Below, piece after piece: positions 43,905 through 57,618 of a stretch of 64,000 nt of DNA. The position numbers were made by a program, and so were the translations under genes. This DNA is from the human T2T-CHM13v2.0 reference genome, Homo sapiens. Each line of letters begins with the position of its first letter. Positions within the stretch are counted from its first letter, which is position 1. The stretch lies in NCBI RefSeq assembly GCF_009914755.1, contig NC_060941.1. One strand, given 5' to 3'. The notes beneath the pieces are model-generated. The model worked only from the letters and a program-made list of their open reading frames with translations, was not told where the DNA came from and searched no databases.

Positions 43905-46900
43905 CTTAATAATTGAGAGTGGCAATTCCGCTGGAGCTGTCTGCCAAAAGAAACTGCCTACAGACATCATCACAGCAGCCTCCTCACTTGGGTACTACAG
44001 TGTGGAAGCTGAGTGCATATGGTATATTTTATTCATTTTTGTAAAGCGTTCTGTTTTGTGTTTACTAATTGGGATGTCATAGTACTTGGCTGCCGGGTTT
44101 GTTTGTTTTTGGGGAAATTTTGAAAAGTGGAGTTGATATTAAAAATAAATGTGTATGTGTGTACATATATATACACACACATACACATATATTATGCATG
44201 TGGTGAAAAGAATTGGCTAGATAGGGGATTTTTCTGAACACTGCAAAAATAGAACGTAGCAAAATGGCTTCAGTTATCACTTTTGGGTGTCTGTATCCTA
44301 AGAAGTTTCTGAAAAGATCTAAAGCCTTTTTATCCCATATCCCAAATTCTTATGAGCCACTCACAGCAGGCAGCATATGTTGAAATAAGTTATTACTGGT
44401 ACACACCTGCATTGCCTCACCAGTGTATTTATTTGTTATTAAATTGATCTGACTTCTCAGCCTCATTTGGACTAAAAAAAGAAAGCAGAAATCCATGAAC
44501 ACATTGCTTCTCGGCCTTTTGGCTAAGATCAAGTGTAGAAATCCATGAACACTAAAGGACTTCATTGATTTTTTCAGAGAGTAGAAAACAACTTAGTTTT
44601 TCTTTTTTCCTGAATGCGTCATAGGCTTGTGAGTGATTTTTGTCCATTCAATTGTGCCTTCTTTGTATTATGATAAGATGGGGGTACTTAAGGAGATCAC
44701 AAGTTGTGTGAGGATTGCATTAACAAACCTATGAGCCTTCAATGGGGAAGACCAGAAGGGTGAGAGGGGCCCTGAAAGTTCATATGGTGGGTATGTCCCG
44801 CAGCAGAGTGAGGAGATGAAGCTTACGTGTCCTGACGTTTTGTTGCTTATACTGTGATATCTCATCCTAGCTAAGCTCTATAATGCCCGAGACCCCAAAC
44901 AGTACTTTTACTTTGTTTGTACAAAAACAAAGACATATAGCCAATACAAATCAAATGCCGGAGGTGTTTGATGCCATATTTGCAAATTGCCATCTATTGA
45001 AATTCTCGTCACACTACATAGACATAATTGTTATCTCCTTTTGGCTTATGTGATTTTCTGTTTACAAGTAGAATAGCCAATTATTTAAATGTTTAGTTGC
45101 CACAGTGAACCAGGAGTCACTGAGCCAATGACTTTACCAGCTGCTGACTAATCTTCATCACCACTGTAGATTTTGCTGCATGTGCAGGTCCTCTATTTTT
45201 AATTGCTGTTTTCGTTGCTGCAGTACTTTACAAACTTCTAGTTCGTTGAGACTTAGTGACCATTTGGCATCAAGTTAACATCACACAATAGGAAACACCA
45301 CTTCCACAAGTCTCAAGCCTCAGTGCTAAAGTACTACTGAAAAGGAACTAGGAAGTTTGGCCAATTAAAAAAAAAAAGTAAAATAAGTTATAGTGGTCAG
45401 GGAATCTCTTGACGAAAGCTAACTCTTATTTTTCAGGGGGCACATGTTTTGTTTTGTTATGTTTTGTTGTACAATGAAGGATGAACCCAATGCTAAAAAG
45501 TCAGTTATTTTCTTGGTTTTCCATTTCTTGTATATAAATTGTGTTGGAGGTGGGTAGGAAGCTGTGAGTATGACTTGAAGAAAAATATCCTTTTCAGTGA
45601 CAAATCAGAGTTTCTTACAAGTTATTGTCCTGCTCCCTTCCAAGTTGTCTTGAAGAATCCTTGCTGCTAACTCTGGATCCTGCTTTTCCTATAGTCAGAG
45701 GGCTCCAAGGTAGAACTCTCTAAGTCCCTCTCAATGGCACTCTTTGCCTAGACCAAACTAATGACCAAACAGTAATCAATCTATCACTGTTGAAGTCCTG
45801 GTTTTCTCAACCAAATTTTAAGTCTTTCCCAGGTATGTCAGTCGAGTTGCCATGAATCCTCACCTGTAGGAGTTTCTGGGATTCATTTTAAGGAAACTGG
45901 AAGAAAATTAATGTTTTAATGTAAATGTTTTTAAAACCAAGATCACCATAGAGTTCACACAAAATTTTAGGCAGTGTTTCAAGAAGCACTCTTATGTGTT
46001 GTTCTTTCAGTCCATGCTCCAGGTCACCGGTTTTTAGGTAAACATGACATGACATGTACTTGTAATATCAGTGAAAGGGGCTTTTAGTCGTCTCAGTATC
46101 TTTTTTGCATTCAGGTATTATAGCGTTTCCAACAAATTGAGAAATTACTTATTTGGTGTAAAATGACAAGAGAGAGCTTTAGAATTTAATAAAATGTCAA
46201 AAATACAATTTGATACCCTTAAAAATTATTCATAGATCTGGCTGCTCTGTACTACTGGATGGGTGGAATAGGGAAGCAGATCACTTTTGCATACAAAAAC
46301 TCTTTCAAACCCAAAATATTATTGGTGGTACATTTTAAAGTCCAATTGTGGACTTAAATTAGTCAAATTGAGAGTTACTGAGTCCATTCAGATCTCCAGT
46401 AGGGTTTTGTATCTAATGTATTTGGCCACCAGTTTTACATGTAGGTCATGACTATACCTGGATTTTATCATTAAGTTAACTTTAAAGTATATACAGTTTG
46501 CAAAAAATGATTCAAATTAATTGGTTTGTATATGTTTGTGAGATCTAGCTTCTGAGGAATCTCATACATAGTAGGAACCATCATAGAGTAAAGCTTGTAG
46601 CAGAAAAATTGGAAGGGTTTTGAGATATCCTAGAGAAAGAGCAAGCACTTTCTGAATCAGTGGGGAAATATCAATATTTGATCAAATTAACACTACCTCC
46701 TTCCCAGTGTTGGTGTTCACTCACTATATGTCTTTAAGAAAATTAAAACTATGGAAAATTTGTCTAGCATATCAGAAGTTGTAAATGCTATATCTGGTAT
46801 CCAGAGGCTGGCTGTAAAAAGTTCCTTGGGGTCACTCTATCTCACATTTTTTTTGGTTAGCATTTTAAAAATGCAAAGCCACATACTTTGAAATATATTA

Positions 46901-49900
46901 TTCCAAATTGAGCTCCCTTCCCTTTGCACATATTTTTTCCTCCCCTTATTGAAGTCAGCTCTAACCCCAAATTCTAGTATCCAAAAGTATTTTTATTTGT
47001 ATAATGCTATCTGAAAAATGTGTTTATATTATATTTTCAGAGCTGCAATTCTTATTCGCCATTTCAATACCTAGAGATAGAGAGTCTTGTATTTGAAGCC
47101 ACACACACTGGTGTAATATGCTTAGTACTCTAGGTCAAGGATTTGTTGGTAAATGGAACATTTTAGCATAGTCATGATTTTTGGTTGCCTAGACATCAGG
47201 TAAACATTCAGTACACTAAAGAAACTATCCTGGACACTCCCTCCTGCTTCCACCAATTTTTTTCTCACCCCCTTTTCAAAAATTGAAAACTCTATGAGTG
47301 TCTTTTTGAGACCATAAAGCAGACTTTAGTAACTTTCTATTTCTGTAAGTACTAAATGTCTGGCATTTTAAACTTTTGTAGAATACATTATGTTGGACAC
47401 TGGAATAATACTATTTATTTTCACCTGTGAAAAATGACTTCATTGTACTTGAAACACCTCCTTTGCATTTCTCCATTTGTGCCATTCACTAGTGGAAATA
47501 AATTGTATTATACCATGATCTACTGGCTTTTTAAAACTGTATTAAATATGCACATTTTTGGTATAGCTATTATCATTTGTATGTATATATTGTATATACA
47601 TATGAGTGTCTGTATGTGTGTATAGATGGATGGATGTAACTCATACTGTACATTTCCATCAGGGCACTTAAAAGTTCTGTTATTTTTGTTTGGTTTTGTT
47701 ATTTCAGTCCTCAGTTAAGGCAAGAATGCATGTGTTTCTTAAGAATGAGTACTCTGCGTTGATGTTTATGAGAAGGTGGTCATTAGATGCAGTCTTTTCC
47801 TTTTTAATCCCCTCTTAGCACTTCTGTGAGTGGAGAGGACATTAAGTAAAATTTGGAATCATAAGTTGCAATGCAGTAAAATGGTGCTGGGGAAGGAGCC
47901 AGTTAGTGTTTCTGTGAGTTTGTGTTGTGATGCAATAAGAGATAAGTAATGCAGAGAGAAATGAACCATGGAAAGTAAGAACACTGATGGTGATTCCTCT
48001 GCAAAGATGATAAGAAAAAGAACCAATAAATCACACAATCTTTATGTGCTTTCTATATGTATTTCTTAGTAGTGATACCATTGATCCTCTTACTTTTTTT
48101 ACTCCATTAATACTAATAATTATATACTTTGCTGAGGATCAAAACAGCCAAGAAAGGAATTACTGCTAAAGCATCTAAGATTCTCCTGAACTGTAAAATC
48201 AACAGGAAATGGCCACTGGGAGAGAAGGATTTGGTATTGGGTGAGGGGCTTTCTCCCTTTACCTGCCTCTTCTTGCTTGCTAATAGTAAGTTCTTTGTGC
48301 ACCTTCCACCACTTCTGAGCCACTACTATTCAAGTAGAGATTTGCCCCAACACATTAACTTTTTCCTTGGAGATTTATATGGTCCTGCATTTTGTCCTGT
48401 GCTCACAATGTGAAGTGTCTTCTGTATTCAAATCAAAAAATAATATATTTAAGGTATATAAGTGTGAATCTCCTATAATGATGGAAGAAGAGGTTCTCTT
48501 GTCTTAGATAGAAAAGAGCCTTCTCCAAGAGCAATGTCAAAACTTGGGCTGTCATCTTTGAGCTGTTTACCAAAATACAGACCATTATTGAAGAAAAACA
48601 AATTATCTATTTTGTTTTCCCCCATCTAACATGATAGTGCCCCCAACCAGGTTGTAGCATTGCCTTTTAAAAGAGACTCACTCACTCTTAGTTTTTAAGA
48701 ACTGGAAATTTCCCATCCTCAGATCCCTTAAAGGATGAAGAGTTGGCTGTACACTTAGCGGACTTGCCTCTTGTATGCAAGGACTACTGATTGAAGTCTG
48801 TTTTGCTGTGTCTGGTTATGTTGTCTGCACTTTTATGAAATCACTACAATAGGTCTGCATTGGAAATGACTATTAATTTGTAAAGAAGTAAGTTTTATTA
48901 AACACTGTCTAGAAAAAGAAAGTGAAGCTGAGAACTCTTCCTTTATTGTGCATTTATATTTTCTGCTGAATTCCGGTAGTTCCCTTTAAAGTCATGTTGA
49001 CTAATGTTTTCCTCCTTGTTTGTATTCAGATTTCCAAAATTTCACTCATACAAGGGAAGAGACTCCATTTAGCTTAACAGTAGTCTTTAGATCATAAGAA
49101 ATATATAAATTAGTATGCACCTTATCTGCCTGTTGTGGGTTTCTTAAACTTGCACTTCCTACCCACCCAAAGATAGATATCCTTTAAAGAAAATAAAGGC
49201 AGAGAATTAAAACTGGGGAGCCATTTACTATGTCACCATCACTGTTAACTGTTTCCCAGCAATCTAAACTTTTTGAAGTTTCAGAGGTGTATTTTTTTTT
49301 TGTATATATGTCTGTGTGATTGTATTGTTTTGTTTCTAAATATACAAGGAATTCTTTAAATAGAGAAAAAGGTTAATCCTCACTGAAACACCAGGATGCC
49401 CACTGGATATACTAATCTGAACATCTGTAGGTAGTTTGTCATGAAAAAGTGGAGAGAAGATGAGACTTTTGAATGAATGAAAAAGGGTATCTTGATACCC
49501 AGAATTCCCCCCAAAGTACGGGTAATTCAACCTGCACAGTTTTCTTTCACTCAAAGTGTTCAGCACTTGTGAGTGAAAAATCATGTAATTATCTGTAAAT
49601 ATGTAGCTAACAAATTGACCTAGTTTCTGTATTTTTTTGTTTTTGTACTAAAGTTTATAGGTCTGTGCCAGCTAGAGAGAAGTTGCTGTCATTACCAGTT
49701 GTGGTCCTAGCATCTAACCCTGAAACCATCCTAGGTGACATTTTTAGAATTAATACTTAAATGTTAAACAGGGGGAAATGAAGCTTAATCATGGTCAGGT
49801 TTGAGATCTTTTGCAGTGAAATAATTTTATTTAATATAAATGATCACATGTCCTCAATCATGAATGAGGTAGGGAGCCTCTCTCCCCCAGTGGCCATGTT

Positions 49901-52790
49901 TACAAAAGTGTGTTTTGTCTATAAAGTGCAAGTGTTTTAATGTTTATGTAAATTATGCAGGTGATAACATGGTTTGGAACTGTTTATTGGGCTCTTTAAC
50001 TGAATTTTCAAATGAAATGAACTATGCTTATTGCTGGCACATTGATCCCATTTCTGGAACATTTTTCCTATTTCCAGAGTTACATATGTTCTTTTGTCAT
50101 TACCCAATTTAACCTCCCTTTCTCTGATATGCCTTGTAGCCAAAGTATTAAAGGCTGATGAACATAGACAAGGGAAATGCATTTCTTAGAAATCCGTGAA
50201 CCCTCAGTTGTATGCTTTCAGTACTCGTGTTAATATGTTTCTATGGCAACTCTGAGGTCAGTGGTTTAGAAATGAGATACCAGTGTTAATGAAAAGTGTG
50301 TGCTCTTTGCTTTTGCATGGCTTGGCTTAGTATCCAAGGTATATTAGGGCCACTTGAAAGCATGAAGACCAGTTATATAGGGAACAGGTTTCTCTCAGTG
50401 GCACATTTTGCTTTTTCTGAGCCCCAAATACATTGCCTGGGCATGAACATTGTTACCGTAAATTGCACATGGTCATGGACTGAATTATGTGACTTTAAAG
50501 GATGTAACTGCCCAACATTTGCAGATTCTGGGTGGTCTATGTGACCATTTGTCTCGTATCCAAAAACCCCGGGGCTATTGGAACCCTTCCAACACTTTTT
50601 CCTTTGTCATAGACAAGTTTATATATAACTTACCAAGATGTTGGCTGTCCTGGTGTATTGCCAGACAGCTCTCTTTTGGTTCCCATTCCAAATGTGCTGC
50701 TGTCCTTCTTTGCATTTCACAATATCAAAGAAACCACCACCCTTCTTCCTAACAGCATTTTATGCCTTTTATTCCACATTAAATGGGAATTGTGCCTACT
50801 TAGGAGTGCCCCTCCAATTAATTACATGTGTCCAAGAATAATCCAAGCTAGAGACACAAGGTGGGAAAACATTTCAAAAAAAAAAAGTCCTCTTAAGGCC
50901 AGTAATTTATCTGAAAAGGTATTTTATCACACCTTGACACCTTATATATGAGCCTATTAGGAGCTGCAGGTGGTTTCATAGGGTAAAATCCAAGAAAAGA
51001 GAAGGATGTGTGGGGTTTCTATTAGAAGATAATTTTGTTCTCATTTTACCTTTTCTTTTATGATCCTTCTCTGCTAGAACAGGTTAATTCTCCAAATTTG
51101 TTTTGTTTTGTTTTGTTATTTTTTAGGGAACTCTTTTGCAAAAGCAATGGTCGGATGTAAATAACATTTAAAGTATAGTGCACATAACTTCCCCGGACTG
51201 TTCCAATCTGATAATTTGTAAATGCTTTAGAGTTTTTTTAATTAACACTTGTGTTGCTAAATTCTATTTATGTAAGTCTGCTAAAGTTTTTTAGCCCACT
51301 TAAAACTTAAGACAACCATTTAAAATAATGGATGGGTTACTATGAGCAATTTCGCTTTCAGAACCCCCTTGTTTTAGTATATGAAAAAGCCTAATGCGCA
51401 TTAATGAGGTTGAAGAGACTATGAGAAATATGTATAGTGTATATTTTAAAACAGCTTTGCTTGTATTGTGAAGATTTAAAAACAAACTTGAGATTTTTAA
51501 CGTAACTATTAACACAGTTTTAACATAAGTTATCCCACTGGGTTTAAGAGCATCTTGAATGTATAATCCTTTTTGTAACCCAGGTTGGTTTCTACTTTTA
51601 CCAGTCACCCAAACATATTTATGTTTTTAGTTTTATGTACTCATTTCCCTTTGTTTTCCTCAAACAGCATGATTTTTTTGCACATGTAGAAATTTTTTAA
51701 AAGAAAGAAATTAGTACATCATTTTCTCTGGATTTTCTTCACTTCCCTCTTCCTTTCTACTAACTCCTTCCTTAAAGGCCATATCACTCCATTTGCATTA
51801 TTTGTGCAAATGCCAGGGTTGGTTTTTATTTTTATTTTTGCTATTTACCTAAAAAAAGAAAATGCTTCAGTCAATTGCTTTTTTATTTAAAAAAAAAGAA
51901 AAGAAAAAAAGCTGTAACCTTATCATTTCTGAGTAGACCATTGAGCGATGAATGCACACCTGTAGTAGCCCAGGACCAGCTGTGGTGGCTAAAGGGAATA
52001 TGTTAATTAAGCAAGAGGTTCTTTTCTAAAAGTGGTATCTGTTATCCACAATGTATTTTAGTTATTCCCACAAGTCAGGGGTCCAGATAAAATGAGGGTT
52101 ATCAGCTAACTGATATGCTATCATTGAGGTTCATCAATGAATTTGTACATTTCTAGTTCCCTTTGGTGAAGGGAAAAATGATGATTTTGCAAGACCTAGA
52201 TTTTGGCTTGGTTTCTTGCCTCCTTTTTTGGCAGCCTTCATCTTCTCATCTCCCAAACCCCCTGAGCCCGTAGGGTTTTCATAGTGGACAAAGAACTTGT
52301 GGTCTTTTAAAACTGGGACTGATACTTTTTTGAGAGAGTATCGTGTCGAAAGTGTGATGTTCTACCACTTTACCAATAACTAATTTTAAATACACATTGT
52401 CCTCTCGATTTTTGGACCAAACAGACGCTCACAGTGGAGGCTTATCAAGGGTTGCATTGGGGAAGAAGCCTCTCCCTCTCTGTCAGCACCAGCTGGTAAA
52501 GGTGACTGTACAGATGTGCATTTTCCTTTTGGTATAAATGGTCCACAGCACTAACTGGTAAGGCTTATTGTACAGTATATTGTCAGTATTCTTCTGGTTC
52601 AGCATACCTTATAGTTCATATATAACCTGTATTAATTGTATAGATTGTGCATTAAAAGCTGTTACCAAGTTGTCAGAACATAAGAGCGAAAACAAGGTCA
52701 TATGTAATATTTTGTTTGTAAGTATCCTTTGTATCATAGCAAAGGAAATGTTTAAAAAAATCAACTGTAATAAAGTAATTTTAGTACACA
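43905..52790 (+). other. TAOK1: TAOK1 long 3'UTR (approx. 8.9 kb)
   Basis: AT-rich, Alu-free stretch from the stop codon to a strong distal poly(A) signal. Alus resume at about 52960. Length agrees with the recalled long (about 12 kb) TAOK1 mRNA. Confidence 0.85.
44503..44538 (+). pseudogene. 3'-truncated (tailless) U2 snRNA retropseudogene, U2 nt 1-36, with 16-bp TSD
   Basis: ATTGCTTCTCGGCCTTTTGGCTAAGATCAAGTGTAG matches the U2 5' end (ATCGCTTCTCGGCCTTTTGGCTAAGATCAAGTGTAG) with one C>T. Flanked by direct repeats AGAAATCCATGAACAC at 44487-44502 and 44537-44552. Confidence 0.93.
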
Positions 52791-52810
52791 GTGTCTGTCC
52801 AGTTTTTTTA
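52769..52810 (+). terminator. TAOK1: TAOK1 distal polyadenylation signal and cleavage region
   Basis: AATAAA at 52769-52774, several upstream TGTA elements, CA at about 52789-52790, then GT-rich/T-rich downstream element (gtgtctgtccagtttttttt). Confidence 0.85.
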
Positions 52811-52863
52811 AGCAATTTTATTCCCATGAAGATAAACTCTATTGAGTGACTATTGGATAATTA

Positions 52864-53229
<366 letters not shown>

Positions 53230-53238
53230 TCAAAAAAA

Positions 53239-53272
<34 letters not shown>

Positions 53273-53760
53273 TATAAACCCTCTAGTCTAATTGGCTCGC
53301 CTTCTGTCTGCCCAGAGTGAAGTGGCCTATTGTGTTCTGGGTGTGAGATTATTCTAGTTGAAATTCTGACTGCTTGATGCAAGTTCTTACGTTTTATTTC
53401 TACCTTGTGGTCTGCATAACCACAACGCCGATACACGGAGCCATAAATGTAAGCAGTTCTCTTGGGTCTTGTACAAAGCCTCAAAAGGTGGTCTTATCTG
53501 GGCTTATCTCCCTAGATTTGAAAAATCACATTTTAGCCCTATGTGGGGGCAGTAAACCATGGAATCCAGTCCTATTTAAAACACTGTGACTTTTTTTTTT
53601 GTCAGAAGACTAATTCAGAGGGAGAAATGCTCAGGGGCTGGGATTTATGTTTTTTAATTTAAAAAGAAAATAGGGCCGGGCGTGATGGCTCAACCTGTAA
53701 TCCCAGCACTTCGGGAGGCTGAGGCAGGCAGATCACCTGAGGTCAGGAGTTTTGAGACTA

Positions 53761-54067
<307 letters not shown>

Positions 54068-54227
54068 TTAGGCAGGAGAATTACTTGAACCTGAGAGGCG
54101 AAGGTTGCAGTGAGCCAAGATCAGGCCACTACACTCTAGCCTGGGTGACAGAGTGAGGCTCCATCTCAAAAAAAAAAAAAGAAAAGAAAATAACTTTTGG
54201 GTTTTTTGTTTGTTTTTTTGTTTTTGA

Positions 54228-54512
<285 letters not shown>

Positions 54513-54520
54513 TAGTTTTA

Positions 54521-54676
<156 letters not shown>

Positions 54677-54982
54677 TTACAGAGCGGGACTCCGTCTCAA
54701 AAAAAAAAAAAAAAAAAAAGGATAAAGTATAATTTAGGTTACCTACCATATTGAAAAGAAGACTTAAAGTGGCAGTTTTTTAACTCCTAGAATGTCGACA
54801 TTTGAACTATTTTGAGATTAACATTTCTATAGTGTTTAATTTGCTTGCCTCAAACAGCTGTGTGGCAGCCAGGTGCAATGGCTCATGCCTGCAGTCCTAC
54901 CACTTTGAGAGGCTGAGGTGGAAGGATTGCTTGAGACCAGGAGTTTGAGACCAGCCTGGGCAACATAGTGAGACCCTATCTA

Positions 54983-55180
<198 letters not shown>

Positions 55181-55472
55181 TCATCTCCAGTATTTTCAAT
55201 ATACCCACCTGAATTTGGACTAACTCAATGGGGTTAAAAAACAAGATTTCTAGGGCATAGAGGCTCATGCCTATAGATCCCCCCCTACTCAGGAGGTTGA
55301 GGTGGGATGATTGCTTGAGCCCAGGAGTTTGGTGTCCAGCCTGGGCAACATAAGGAGACTCCGTCTCTAAAAAAAGATTCTTTGTTTTCTCCTCACAATT
55401 GGGTTCTTCAAATTACAGTGGGATGAAAGATTCGAGTTATGCTTAGAATTTGAAATCTATCCTACCTGACTA

Positions 55473-55805
<333 letters not shown>

Positions 55806-55964
55806 TCACGATTGTCAGCTAGCTTCACAGCCCCTATGCCATCACCTACATCACATTTCGCCAGCTGCAGAATCAGGGTCTTCCTGTATGTGTCCTGGGC
55901 AATTAATGACTTTACCTTTTGCTACCCTATTTTCAGGTACTTGTTCTTAACGGATACAGGGAGA

Positions 55965-56078
55965 GAAGGCTGCTGAGGGTGTTAGCTCTGTGCAGGCTGT
56001 GCAGTGAAATTTAAAGGGTGCCATTTGTAGATAACGTGCATGGCTCCCCCCATGCAGTTGTGCACCCCGGCAGCTCTG
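55965..56078. mobile_element. MER91-like hAT DNA transposon remnant
   Basis: tgtgcaggctgtgcagtg...gggtgccatt...atggctccccc atgcagttgtgcac...ggcagctctg resembles the quasi-palindromic MER91 consensus. Confidence 0.55.
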
Positions 56079-57321
56079 AAGAGAGATACCCTGAAACCCC
56101 CACCTTTTTGTTAAAATCCTTTACATTTTGGAGTCCAAAATGGACATTGTTTAGTATCATCTCAGACAGTGATTAGGAAAAGGCAAATAATGTATGGCAT
56201 AAAGAGCACTAATTTGGGTCTGGTCTTAGCCCCACCACTAACCATGAGATCTTAAAAGTCACATCGTCTCTGACCATCTATAAGAAATAGAAATGCAGAT
56301 GGTTTTTGACAAAAATTGATGTGAAACCAATTAGCTGTGACATAGTATCAGTGTGTGTGTACATATATGGGGGTGGGGATGGGGAGAGTTTGTCCTCAAC
56401 TGGGCAACCCAAACCCAACCTGTGAGGCTCAAAGGTGCTGCTCTTCCAGGCCCTTCCCAACTTTGCAGTGCAATTAATAACTGGAACTTCTTAGCCTTAT
56501 AAGATGTTGATCAGAGAATAAAGACTGTGATTTGAAAGCAGATGCCCCTTCATCATGGAGGTCTTTGAGCTATGGCTGAGGAATTAGAGTCTTGGAGAAT
56601 GGGATCTGTTTGCTATTAAGTATCTCATTATATCCTAACAGACCTTATAAATTAAGGCCTATACACATTCCCAGTCTTTTCATATGGAACAACTCATAAA
56701 ATAACTTTCTCAGGGTCACTTAAGTCATAGATGAAGTAGAAACTGGAACCCACATCTCCAAACTATTACTTCAGTATCCTATCAACACACAAACACTGTT
56801 TGCCCACTGAATAATATATTTGTTGTAGGCACCATCAATGATCAGGGAATTGTGCGCCTGCTGGGAAATTATTAGCCCAGAACAGGAGACCTGGTTATTG
56901 ATTAAACAGAGCTGCTGCTGGTTAGTGTTAGGCCACACGAGGCTAGATCTACAAAAGTGAGGCAACATCCAGTGGCTAGAGAATGTGCACTGAGGCTCTG
57001 CTAAACGCCACAGTAGGCAAGCATGGCTTAGTACACAGAAGACTTCAGAAGACAAACAGCACATATTTGTTTCTGGAGATTTAAAAAATAATAACATTCC
57101 AGTGTTACTGGGAGACTGATTTACTATTCAGAGACAAATAAGTTGGAGAGAAATTTTTTGTTCAACCATACTAAATACTAAGGCAAGGTATTGCATTATT
57201 ACAAGGTAAGACTAGAGGGACTAGAGACTTACTTTTGATGCATGAGTGTCTTATTGTTTCAATGAAGTATCATTTTACCTTCAAAACTTTAGCTCCGGCC
57301 GGGTGCGATGGCTCACTCCTA

Positions 57322-57618
<297 letters not shown>

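Noticed and set aside
45362-45380. Apparent mRNA end at ATTAAA plus A-run
   Set aside because: The hexamer runs straight into a genomic A-stretch, so any cDNA ends here are more likely oligo-dT internal priming.
44195-50319. Four TGCATG (RBFOX) motifs in the 3'UTR
   Set aside because: Close to chance expectation for a hexamer in about 9 kb.
57055-57070. CAGCACATAT similarity to the U6 snRNA 5' region
   Set aside because: Only about 10 nt, with no extension and no TSD.
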